From Asterias rubens (Eukaryota): a DNA stretch of 64,000 nucleotides. Location of the stretch: the NCBI RefSeq assembly GCF_902459465.1, contig NC_047079.1, positions 372,001 through 436,000 of the forward strand, read 5' to 3'. A program made the position numbers and the translations under genes. The notes under the pieces were generated by a model that searched no databases, was not told the DNA's origin, and worked only from the letters and a program-made list of their open reading frames with translations. This document shows positions 15,201-26,191 of this stretch, piece by piece. Each line of letters opens with the position of its first letter. Positions within the stretch are counted from its first letter, which is position 1.

Positions 15201-18200
15201 GGTATCGCCCTTTGTGTCCAGTCCGGCCCCGTGGGGTGTGTCGCGTAATCCATTCTGTCAAGACGTATGTCGTGTTAGTACCTGCGTCACCAGTCTCAAA
15301 CATTGTACGCAAACATTGTACGCAATTAATAATTAACAATATTGCTGATGATATAACTAATTATTAGTCTGCTGTTTGTAACCGATTATATCACGCTTTA
15401 TAAATACCCCTCAAGTTAGTAACAACCAGTCTAAGGTAAAGTTATTCAAACGGACAGCATTAAAGTAATGAGAGTTCTATGTTTTGTTAGGCCATAGGCT
15501 GTGTTTTTTACCTATATTGGGCCTACATTATTATTCTGTTTTGAAAGCTGAGAACTGTGAAGATCTAATCTGTTGTATTTTTGTTATTCAGCATGCCAAA
15601 GATGGACGTCTGACAGGAAGAGTAAATTGCCGCGATATTAAGAAGGATTGCGTGGAACCTGCATGTCCGGTTGATGTTGAACCTGTTCTCTTAGAAGGCG
15701 AATGCTGCAAGTCATGCCCATCTAACAGTAAGCTGATTGCATTGTCATTGATTCTTTGTATCCTTTGACCCTATTCTAGGCTCCTATCATCCAACTTCTC
15801 AATTGCTGACTAATACTTCAAAGTCACTACCAATCATCCCACCCCAACCATGGGTGCATTTAGCTTCTTTCTGAAATCACGTATGTTTTTATTTATATTG
15901 ATGATTATAAGTTGCCTATGTACATCGTTCCCAATTAATTTGTATGCGTTGTGTATGAGCCTTGTGTAATTTTAAGTGTCGTCAAATGCGAAGAAGCATC
16001 GGAATATTCCGTAAGTTTATGAATCATCTAAATTTGTTGTGTATGCTTTTGTTTTTGTTTCTCGCGAAAATTGCCAAAATGTTTTAACAACAAACGGCTC
16101 CACTATGGCATTAGTTGACTTAACTCAATTTGTCATTTACTTTTTAGTCAATGAATTCAAGCTGTTGGTAAAGTACATCAGCTTCGGGTTGCTCCATACA
16201 AACCCCTCGCAGACAGCCTCTATCCGTCAACATCTCATTCTTTTCAATATCTGATTCATGTCTTTGTCGACACCGTTCAACTTCACTGAAATTAGGAAAC
16301 AAAATGTACTAGCTTAATTAGAAAACAGTCTGAAAGTTGTTAATTTATGAAGGTTTTAAAAGCATTTGCATGCCTTCTCTGGATTTTCAATTTTGTTCTC
16401 AACGATACCCAGCGGAATAAAGTTCAAGTCGCAGTTGAACTCTTGGTTGTTTTCACTGCACTTGCCATGGGTATGGGAGACTGAAGCTGCATACCATGCG
16501 GTCCCCGAACTCATCACAGTAAGGTATCGGCACCATGCACAGCGGAAACTACCAAATCATGGCCTTGAAATAGGTCCATGATCTTTAGATGCAATTCCAC
16601 AATTCCCAGGTCCTTAAACTCATCGTAAATTATCACTCATAAATGCACATTGAAAACGACTAAGTATCATGGATATTTGAACAAATAAACATCAAACTGT
16701 TGTGGACAAAAGATGGCTGCTGTTTCGCTGCATGGTGGGAGTAGGCGTCGGCCGATATTTGAGGTTGGAGATTCAAAATAAGATTTGGGTTGAAACCATT
16801 TCTATGTTTATTAGCGAGTATACAAGATGGCACCTGCTATTTTTGTTCCCGAAAATTGCTGAACTTATCAGTTGAACTTTGGCGCAGTCGTTAGTGACAG
16901 AGAAACATTATTATTAAGAGGTCAACGTAATTTTTGTAAGTTCTCACGCACCAAGTAAGTGGTTTTCTGCAACGTATTTTAGGTGTAAAAATAGCGCCAC
17001 GCGTGCAACCAATCATCCCCGGTGAATTGTTTGTCGGTTAACAGTGTGGCCCCAGACACGAACAGGGAAATTGTGTTGTGTTTTTGGAATTGAAGTTATA
17101 AGTAACTGACTCTGTTGTGTGCATCATTTGAGGGACAACCCTTGGTTCTTGTAATAGTCTCAAGCCGAGATTGGTATGCGTGATGCAGTGTTCGTGTGTG
17201 TGTTCGTCATCACTATTGTTCAGAGCAGCTATAAGAAAAGTTGCGTAGTACATCCACTTATAATTCGAATTTGATATCTGGGTGTAGAAAATAGAAAAAC
17301 TTGCCGTAACGTCATCAGTTGATATGCCGGTTAATGTTTTAAAGGGTGTAGGAATGGGGATGTAACACTCGCATGCAAGCAACATACGCACATTCACCCC
17401 CCCCCCCCCCCCCCCCAAAACCGGTGAGGGCATACTAATGATTCTGAAAAAGTCTTTCGCATTCTGTTTGTGAAGGAATTTCTCTATAAATATCACTGTT
17501 CCATTGACGTTCAAGTATAGGTCTCATGATCATAGAAATGATTGAATGCCTTATGGCAAGTTATTACCCTTTAGTGTGGGTTGAAATGGATATAACTAAT
17601 GAATCACTGTCGTATTCAAGAATGTTATGAGTCTATAATAGGCTGTAGAGTTGAGTCCCAAGTTAGTTCCCCTGAATGTTCACGTAATGAACTCTGTGAT
17701 TAAAATAAAACGTGAAATTTCAACTTAGAGAAAAGTCCTCACGTATTTATAACATGTGGCAGTTATTCCAGTTGCATTCAAATAGTCCAAATTGCAAACT
17801 GTTATTTATATTTTCTAAGGAACGAGTATGATTCCCAGTCTAATATACTTGATAATACAATACCACTTCGTTCGTTTTCTACACTTACATATGGATAGTT
17901 CAACTTGAAGAAGCAAACAAAGTTCAAGCCACTATGAAAGTATGAGATGTTGTTTAAAAGCCTACTCAGCCTATCTCAGGGTGTTCAACATTGTTTTATA
18001 CAACAACAGTCGTTTTTAACAACATCAGACGTATAGTGGATAAAGGTCAAGTCCATGTGAAATGTTTGCTAGTTTTTCATCACTTGCTCCTACCTAATTG
18101 ATTGGCTCATAATGTATACGCTATACTAATGGCGTGTTTCAATTGGATATATTAACAGGTGGCAGTGGCAGTACTAAACCAGAAGAAGGTGGTAAACCAA

Positions 18201-21200
18201 GCCGTGATAGACCATCAGGCTTTTCTGATGATACAATAAGTACACCATTTACTGGAGAAGGTATGCACAAAATAGCATTCATTTTCAATTATGTTCCCTT
18301 TACTTTCCTGCGCCAACAATTCTTTGCCAACTGTTTTATTTGTAATACAGTATATAGAAATTTTCATTTTTGTAAAATCCAGTGTGATGGGAGGCTTGGC
18401 TTACTCTTTCCCTTTCTTTTACCTATTTTGTTTAATTTATCCTCCTAGTCTATGTTGCTATGCTGACTGGCACACTGATTGATATAAGAACTAATGCTGT
18501 TGCGAGAGCATCACTTTCATTACTGGAGGAAACACTCTATTACTCAATCATATTCAGAAGGTAGGTCATACTTCATAATATCATTATTGAGAAGCTGTGC
18601 TTTATGTTTTAATCTAATTCTACTTTGTAGTATTTGTTACTGTTTTTAACGCTGCTAGGTATTATATTGACATGTTGCATCTTCTGTTCTCATTAAAGTC
18701 TTTTCGTCTTAAAAATGAAGATGAACTTAAGTTAACCATTAAACACTCATGTTAATACAGTTATGCCACTTAAGTTTTAAAAACACGATTGAAATAGTTT
18801 GTTTTAGTGAATTTGATTCTGCATAGAAACATTTTATGTGAGAAGCAATAGGATTATGACAGAGTTATATGTATAATGAAGTTTCTTGACATTCATTTGT
18901 TTACAGAATGGATCAACCTACTAGTTTGGTGTTTACAGATGCATTGAATAATACTCTGCATTTCATTGACATTGAGGAAGGCACTGAAATGGTAAGATAA
19001 CTCAAATGTCAAGTGATAAATCTTGAATATTTGATCAAAGAGTTTTGCAGTTATGAGAAATGGAAATGTTGTAAAAGTTAACTAGTAAACTGCCATATAA
19101 GCAATAACTGTTATCTTTCCTTTTTGCCTTTGCCCAGATATGTGGTCAGTGGAAAAACATTCCTCAGACATATATCCAGTATCTTGAGAGTAAACTACTC
19201 TTTTTGACTTTAGCAACAACATCTCATCCTGGAGGAGAAGTCCGAGGTCGAGTGATGAGACATCGAGCTTTGGAAGATGGTAAGTAATTGGTCTGTAATT
19301 GGTTGGGAATAATCTTTAATAACCCCAAAGAACCCAAAACAATTTTTTATCAATCAATTTTTTTGGTTTAAATTTCAGCTTCAATGATTGTTCTATCACA
19401 TATAACACATACTGTGCAATGATTGGTCTATCACTAACTTGAAACTGACTCAACTAACAACATTAGACAATGGAATTTGAAAGTAAACACATTTTGATAT
19501 CTGGCAAGTTATCATGAATAAAATGAATGAAATTAACAAATGAACAAATGTCCTTTGATAGAATCTTTCAGTGCTTTGCTGACGCGTAAAGATAAAGGGA
19601 ATGGGAGATCTCGTAAGACTACAGATCGTCTTGGATCTGGAGGTGTGATGATGGTTGCTGTAACAGGCAATGGAGACCAGCTGGACTTTGCCACTCTGGT
19701 AGATGGAATCACTGAAAACACTGAGCGGTCACAAGAAGTTACTTTTATATTGCAACTGAAGAAAGGCAGAGATGTGGTCAAAGAAACGCGCAAGACGGTT
19801 CTTCCTGATGTAAGTTATTTGTTTATAAGTCACCACTTATGAATAATAATTTGATTCTTACTGTAAAAATTGATTAAAATGTTTTACAGCATCTAATAGC
19901 AGAATTAATGTAGCAGAAAATTTGTAATTTACTACAATTTAGGATTTGGATATCGCTGATGTATGGGACAATTTAGCAACCAAGATGCAGAAGAGTATGG
20001 CAAGAGGTCAATTAACAATCAGTATCATGGTAGAGGGACAAGATGGAGAACTGGCTGGTCCTCTCACACCAATGTCGTCATGCAACAGTGAGTATATACA
20101 TCTTCTTTAAACGTTTTACAGTAATTTGTTATTGCTCCTGTGGTTGATTTGATGTGTGATGTTGTAACATGAATTGTGTTTTATATTGGTAGCTTTACAT
20201 GCTGTTTTGTCTGGAAGTCAAGCTCTGGATAGACCTAAAGCCACTGGGGCAAGTGGCTCAGCTATAATCAGTGTAGACGACAAAGGAAATATCAAGTATA
20301 AGGTAAATCAAACATTATTTTATTGATATCAATCCAAAATCACAAAACGCACATTTGACTAATGGGTCGAAAAGCTAACTATGTGATAACTAAAATGTGT
20401 TTGGTTATTTTTTAGATTTTGTTGACTGGGTTAAGGACAAATGTGGTTGGCTTGACAATAGAAGGTGATCCAAAGAATCGACGTAAGCGTCGCATTGTTG
20501 CTGACATATTGAAAGACTACAGAGATGGCCAGGTAAGATCCAACATTTCAAAAGACATATATTTTTACAGAGAAGTTTAAACTGCCCCTGGACTCAACAT
20601 TCGGTGGATGTTAACGGTACTAGATTTAATGCAAATAATGTTTTACTGATTATAGGAACGGACATTCTGTCTAGTTCTCTAGTTTGAAGGTTACAATCAT
20701 TCCAATATTCTAGTTTCTAAAAACATTAGTATTATGCAAAAGGTGTGAGAATGATCAGGCATTTCAATATATACTAATTCTAACGTACATTTTGTTAACA
20801 TAATATTTGGAGTTGGAACATTTCTTAGGATGATCGGATTGATCTTTCCTTGGTCGTTGGTGATAACATTAACATATGATTGTATTTCGTTTCTTTCAGG
20901 CTTCTGGGAAATACAGTAAGGCTAAAGCTAAGGAGATTCATCAACTCTTACACGATGGCTTGTACATCAATGTAGCAACTGAGGCTTACGAAACATCAGA
21001 GTTACGTGGAAAGATATCATTGCTTCCATATTCAACATCTCTTGCAAACTACAAAGGTTGGTCCATAGTCTATTTTGATAACCAAAGACAATATACGGCA
21101 ACACAATAATTCGTCAATAGAAGGATATAATAGAATTCAAAGTTAAACTGCAAAAGTGTCATTAATTCATATTTCAAACGTTTTGAGAGTCAAACCCATG

Positions 21201-24200
21201 ACTTTCACGATAAGGTGCCAGTGCTCTCCCACCTGAGCTTTTCAGCTGTATATATGTTGGCAGTCTCCCTATGATGTCACCATCTTTGTTTGGGGCTGTC
21301 AGTCAAAAGCCATCCATCATCAGTAGATGTATTCGATAACTTAACCATCATTAGTAGATGTTTTTGATGACTTAAGTGTTTTTCTTGTTTGATTTGATAG
21401 GAATGCCAGTGCAGCTTTCAGGCAGTATAATCAATCCACCACAGCTAACTGGTGCTGGAGGCCATGCCTTCATGGTACTGGATTCATCTTGTGCTTTACA
21501 TTATCAAGTATCTGTAGTGGGACTGAATGGAGATGAAGCCCGGGTACCAGATGGAACTGTAGATCACATATTTGCTGAGATTGGAGATATTAATGGGGAC
21601 CAGTTTATCGTCAGACATGTCTTAAATGAAGTCCAACGAAATCTGGTAAATAATCTACAATTAGGATTTTACAAATCCGTCTTTCACCATTTAGTTTTTT
21701 GTTCGCTGCCTGAAGTTTGCTATACCTATCTGTTGGGACAGGCTAACAGATCTTGGACAACGGATGGATTTTAATCAAATAAACATTCATGAGTTCTGTG
21801 CTATCACAGTTTTTTTGTAATGCATTGTTAATGTTTTGTGTGAACTTTCCCGCTCTTTAGAAACATTATAGTAATTTTGATAATGATGATCATGATTTTC
21901 AGAGATTTCAAACACGTCCACTCTTAAGAATCAAGTTGCTATTTATATTTTTGAATATCTTATGGTGTATCTTATGTCTAGGTGATTGATGTTTTTCTAA
22001 TTCTTCTTTGTAAAAGCCAAGACATTCAATAAGTAATGGGATCATGTCTGCTTAATTTCTAGGCCAGTGGTGTCCTAAATGATGTGTCATCATCCTTGTT
22101 AGAAGCTATGGATAATGGTAATGCTTTCATCCAAGTTAGCTCCAAGAATCATCGAGATGGGGAAATCCGTGGATTGGTGAGTTATCTTATTACAGTATCA
22201 GCAGTTATCCGCATTGTGGTCATTTCATCATGAGTGCTGTGTTTCACTTCAGAATTGTATTGATTGTATAACAGGTGGTGCTGCCAAATAGCTGCTACAG
22301 CACAGCGGCTACTGGATCTCGTCTGCCATTTGATCGACCTGCATTGATTGAGGATGATGCTTCACATGGTGGTAGTGTAGAGTCACTTCCTAATTCTTGT
22401 TTCTTTGAGAAACGTTTTAGAACATCAGGCTCTACATGGTCTCCTGAATACGATCCTACATGTGCTACTTGTACATGTAAAGTAAGTGGAACCATTAGAT
22501 TCTATTACCAAGGTCAACTTTGTAAATAGGAAAATACTTTTATCTGATGTATTTAAATTTGCTTAATGATAAAGTCCTTCTCTACTTTAAGAAAGAGCAG
22601 TGTGGTGCGGGCACCTTGGTTAGTCTATCATTCATCTAATTTTCCACAATGACATACCTGAATTAAACTGTGCTTGTTTGGATTGTGTTTCAGAGAGGTG
22701 TAGTGATATGTGATCCAGTGGTTTGTCCCCAGCTTGCTTGTACTGACCCAATCAGCATCAACGGAGAGTGCTGTCCAGTCTGCCCTTTGCCAGGTAAAAT
22801 ATAGTTGCAGCCAGCAGTTTGAACATGGAGGCTCTCTCTATGGTTTCAATAAGGATAGTAAATATAATTCAATAATGAATATCCCATGGACTTGATCTCT
22901 AAAACTCGTCCATAACTATCTTATTGTATGTGCCATTCAATCAGGAATGTTTTCTGTTTTGTAAATTGGATGCAAATGTTGCTTAAAGGCAACCTTGAAA
23001 CTTGAGTCTTTGTATAACATTGACCAGCACAGCATGCCAGTTAATGATTTGTTTGGATTATCCACCCAATGCTGAAGGTTTTTCACCTATATTATTGTAG
23101 AAATCAAGAAGTATAATTTCCTTTTCGTTTTTGTTACAGCGGAGGAGGTGTATCAAGATACAGACAGTTGTTTTTTTGAAGGCGATAAAAAGTATCACAG
23201 TATTGGATCTCAATGGCATCCATTTGTGCCTCCGTTTGGCTACATACAATGTGCTATCTGCACATGCCTCGTGAGTACAGATTAATGTATCTGCTTAATA
23301 ACTTACTGTACCAGTATTTAACACAAACTGCCCTAGGCCTTATTTTCAAACATTTTTGGGGGCTCAGAAATAGTTTTAACTTTGAAAATCTGGAAATGCA
23401 ATCTTGGATGGACCATGAAGCTCATATTGTAAATACGACTACAAGTTAGTTTATGGGTGACAGCCCGGTGGATAAAATTCTCCTGTTGTAAAAATGGTGA
23501 ATCTGAGAAGAACCTAAAGTTGTATTGTAGTCCCAACTTCTTAAACAGTATACTCACTCATCCTAGACTAACAGAGTTTCCTGTTCCATACATCAAGAGA
23601 CCAGTAGAGTAAACTTATCTTAATTCCAGCTTTTTCGGGAACCACAACTTCTTGTGAAAGAGATATTTTATTTACCTGTAAGCTAACCTTGTATTGATAG
23701 ATATTAAAATACATTTGTTATAACAAGTAAAGGTATACATTGTATTTGATTGAATTTGAAATGTTTGTTATATTTCAGTCCGGAGGCCAATATGACTGTC
23801 AGAGGGTACAATGTCCTAAACTAGAATGCAAGAAACCAGTGCGGATTAACCTGTCTGACTGCTGTCAAACATGTCCTGGTAAGCACAGGTCAATTCAAAA
23901 CCTTCCTAACTATTATTTTAATAGGTACTTACTCTTTCACCTATTTAGGTATTATTCTTTCAGTTCAAGGTTGTCATGGGCCCAATTTTATAGAGCTGCT
24001 AAGCACCAAAATATGCTAAGCGTGGAATTTCTTCCTTTATAAAATAGGATTACCGACTAAATTTCCATTTGTTGCATATTAAGCTGTTGTTTGTTTATCC
24101 TGAAAATCACTTGGCTGGCAATTCTGTTTTTATCAAGGAAGAAATTTCATGCTAAGCAAATTATTGTGCTAAGAAGCACTATGAAATTAGATTCTGGTCT

Positions 24201-26191
24201 CTCATATAATGTTCTGATAGGTATTAACTATCTCAATTTAAACCTGTCAGAGTGGTACTAATTCTCTAAAATCAACCCTGTCCTTCTAGGTACTAACTCT
24301 CTCACTTGTTCTGGTAGGTAGGCCTACTAACTCTTTCAATGAATAACATGTCAAGGAAGATACTACCACTCTCCTCTTTTATAGTAGGCACTTACTCTTT
24401 TAATTCAAATCTGCCATTTTATTTGAACTTGTCATTAACTTGAGTTTGAGGCACACACTCAAATGAAGTTTTGAATGATGTTTTTCTTTAGAAACTCACA
24501 AAAGAGAGAATGGAATGATTCAATGTCTAAATCTGTATTTGTTTTTGTGGTTGTAAACAGAAGAGCCTTCTACAACTCCTGAGCCTGCTGAGAGTGACGT
24601 CATTCAAGCTGATGAAGTAGAAAGAGGTCAGACAGTTTGCCATTTCAATCAATGCTAAAAACGGAATGCAGCATTCATTTTGTTTCTTCAATGTGTATTT
24701 GAAGAAGGCTTAATATTTTTAACACTTGTTTTTATACAATATGCTTTTCAATTTGTTTCCAGTCATTACTTTGCATTTTATTTGGACACTTTCTTTGTTA
24801 TTGTTTGCTTCCTGCTTGATTTTGTTGTTCAATGCATTGCCGCTATTGTTTTGCCACAGGATGTTCATTCCAAGGAGATTTCTACAGGAATGGTGAAGAA
24901 TGGCACCCAAATATTCCTCCCTTTGGGACCTCCTACTGCGTCAAATGCAGATGCAAAGTGAGCATGAGTACTATTCAATTCTTACATCCTCATTAATCAA
25001 CAAGTCACTTTCTAACATCTATGTTGGAGAGCAGTGTAATGTTAAACTATACGGAAAAAAGCAGAAAAGCGATTTGTATTAAAAAATGCATCAACTTAAA
25101 GTTGCTCTTTTAACTCAGGAACTTATGTCATAATACAATCAAACAGTGTGAGTTTTGTAAAGAACGTTTTTTTTCTTTCTTTTTTCTTGCTTAGCTTCCA
25201 TTTTCAATATTATCCTCTTACGTCCAAAGAAATGTACTAACCTCTGCAAAGATGCTTAAAAATGCCTGCGGTAAATTTTATGTTTTTACTTGTTATAAGC
25301 AAACAATCAGGTCTACCATAGCACTCTAAGTGCAAACCTTCATAGGTTGGTAGGGAGTTGTTGTTTGTGCCTATGTGTTCTCACACAACACACAAAAAGT
25401 TTGATAACCTTTTAAGCGACCATTGAATTCCGCAGTAAGCAGAGCCATGAAACAGACTGAAAGCATTGATCAGAAAGTTGATTGGACATGGAAGAATATC
25501 ATTAGTGGATCTCAGACAGACATCTTAGATCTCAAATGTGAGGATTCAAACCGACATATCATTGTTAATTTCAGTTGAGCAAGCTGGAATAACGATCATC
25601 ACAAAACAATTGTCCAATAAGACAGTAACTCAAAGTGAAAAATACAAATTTCCCTCAAATACGCTAACAAAGGTTCATTTTGCAAAATGTTAAATAATAT
25701 TTCTTATTTTCTGCAGAACGGCTCAACGAAATGCAAGAAGAAGAACTGTCCCAAATTATCATGCGAAGAAACAACAGAGATCAAGGGTGAATGTTGTCCA
25801 GTGTGTGCAGGTAATTTAATCTCTCTTTATTCTTTCTCATGTTGTCATGGTAACTTCAATGATTTCACTTCATCAGTGTTTGTTATAAAGGTCATCGAAT
25901 GTCCATACTTCAAACAATGGCGGTTATCAATCTTGTTAATGTTTAGGATCAGTGTAGGGTCAGCAAATGCAAATCTATCATGCTGTTGAAAATAGACAAA
26001 GAAATTCAACTGCAATCAGCATATTCATTAATTCCAATCCTTTTTCAGTGAATTTTCATGTATTTATTGTTGTTTTCTTTTATGTTTGTTGAATAGATGG
26101 AAGTAGTAGTTTATTAACAACACTTCTGCCCTCCCTAGCAACAAGGACACCCTCATCAGACGAGGAAAGAAAATACAGATGGAAGCACTAG
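6095..26191 (+). CDS. CHRD: Chordin (BMP antagonist), 22 coding exons, about 952 aa
   Basis: Hand-spliced exons: 6095-6251, 10357-10454, 15592-15727, 18159-18260, 18449-18560, 18907-18991, 19138-19279, 19562-19809, 19943-20087, 20193-20302, 20416-20532, 20900-21056, 21401-21645, 22063-22176, 22275-22481, 22694-22793, 23140-23270, 23779-23878, 24561-24626, 24860-24957, 25717-25810, 26097-26191. All introns are GT-AG with consistent phases, total 2859 nt. Signal peptide, four vWC/CR repeats (W-H-P...C..C.C...C...C...CC..C) and four CHRD repeats ending in GE(V/L/I)RG-type motifs. An in-frame ATG at 6062 is an alternative start. Confidence 0.95.
10357..10454 (+). CDS. CHRD: Chordin exon 2 (CR1 N-half)
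   Basis: GCIFDEVFYDLDTHWHPDLGFGEMACMDCECIP; caacag acceptor, GTAAGT donor. Confidence 0.95.
12573..12724. mobile_element. Short hairpin/MITE-like element
   Basis: About 60-bp imperfect inverted arms (GGCCGAGTTATAGTCGGTCGCGCGATGGTCG...GATC / reverse complement). Confidence 0.65.
15592..15727 (+). CDS. CHRD: Chordin exon 3 (CR1 C-half)
   Basis: HAKDGRLTGRVNCRDIKKDCVEPACPVDVEPVLLEGECCKSCPSN. Confidence 0.95.
18159..18260 (+). CDS. CHRD: Chordin exon 4 (linker)
   Basis: SGSGSTKPEEGGKPSRDRPSGFSDDTISTPFTGE; phase 1/1. Confidence 0.85.
18449..18560 (+). CDS. CHRD: Chordin exon 5 (CHRD1)
   Basis: VYVAMLTGTLIDIRTNAVARASLSLLEETLYYSIIFR. Confidence 0.9.
18907..18991 (+). CDS. CHRD: Chordin exon 6 (CHRD1)
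   Basis: RMDQPTSLVFTDALNNTLHFIDIEEGTEM. Confidence 0.9.
19138..19279 (+). CDS. CHRD: Chordin exon 7 (CHRD1)
   Basis: ICGQWKNIPQTYIQYLESKLLFLTLATTSHPGGEVRGRVMRHRALED. Confidence 0.92.
19562..19809 (+). CDS. CHRD: Chordin exon 8 (CHRD2)
   Basis: ESFSALLTRKDKGNG...RKTVLPD, GTAAGT donor. Confidence 0.9.
19943..20087 (+). CDS. CHRD: Chordin exon 9 (CHRD2)
   Basis: DLDIADVWDNLATKMQKSMARGQLTISIMVEGQDGELAGPLTPMSSCN. Confidence 0.9.
20193..20302 (+). CDS. CHRD: Chordin exon 10 (CHRD3)
   Basis: TLHAVLSGSQALDRPKATGASGSAIISVDDKGNIKYK. Confidence 0.92.
20416..20532 (+). CDS. CHRD: Chordin exon 11 (CHRD3)
   Basis: ILLTGLRTNVVGLTIEGDPKNRRKRRIVADILKDYRDGQ. Confidence 0.9.
20900..21056 (+). CDS. CHRD: Chordin exon 12 (CHRD3)
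   Basis: ASGKYSKAKAKEIHQLLHDGLYINVATEAYETSELRGKISLLPYSTSLANYK. Confidence 0.92.
21401..21645 (+). CDS. CHRD: Chordin exon 13 (CHRD4)
   Basis: GMPVQLSGSIINPPQLTGAGGHAFMVLDSSCALHYQVSVVGL...EVQRNL. Confidence 0.92.
22063..22176 (+). CDS. CHRD: Chordin exon 14 (CHRD4)
   Basis: ASGVLNDVSSSLLEAMDNGNAFIQVSSKNHRDGEIRGL. Confidence 0.92.
22275..22481 (+). CDS. CHRD: Chordin exon 15 (CR2 N-half)
   Basis: VVLPNSC...NSCFFEKRFRTSGSTWSPEYDPTCATCTCK. Confidence 0.93.
22694..22793 (+). CDS. CHRD: Chordin exon 16 (CR2 C-half)
   Basis: RGVVICDPVVCPQLACTDPISINGECCPVCPLP. Confidence 0.93.
23140..23270 (+). CDS. CHRD: Chordin exon 17 (CR3 N-half)
   Basis: AEEVYQDTDSCFFEGDKKYHSIGSQWHPFVPPFGYIQCAICTCL. Confidence 0.93.
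23779..23878 (+). CDS. CHRD: Chordin exon 18 (CR3 C-half)
   Basis: SGGQYDCQRVQCPKLECKKPVRINLSDCCQTCP. Confidence 0.93.
23978..24190. mobile_element. Degenerate MITE in chordin intron 18
   Basis: Imperfect TIRs AATTTTATAGAGCTGCTAAGCAC / GTGCTAAGAAGCACTATGAAATT. Confidence 0.5.
24561..24626 (+). CDS. CHRD: Chordin exon 19 (CR3-CR4 linker)
   Basis: EEPSTTPEPAESDVIQADEVER; the donor GTCAGA is weaker. Confidence 0.82.
24860..24957 (+). CDS. CHRD: Chordin exon 20 (CR4 N-half)
   Basis: GCSFQGDFYRNGEEWHPNIPPFGTSYCVKCRCK. Confidence 0.93.
25717..25810 (+). CDS. CHRD: Chordin exon 21 (CR4 C-half)
   Basis: NGSTKCKKKNCPKLSCEETTEIKGECCPVCA. Confidence 0.93.
26097..26191 (+). CDS. CHRD: Chordin exon 22 (C-terminus and stop)
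   Basis: DGSSSLLTTLLPSLATRTPSSDEERKYRWKH*; acceptor gaatag after a pyrimidine tract, followed by an AU-rich 3'UTR-like region. Confidence 0.75.

Noticed and set aside
17038-17514. 158-aa minus-strand ORF in chordin intron 3
   Set aside because: No recognisable motif, includes a poly-G-derived Gly run, and has no splice support
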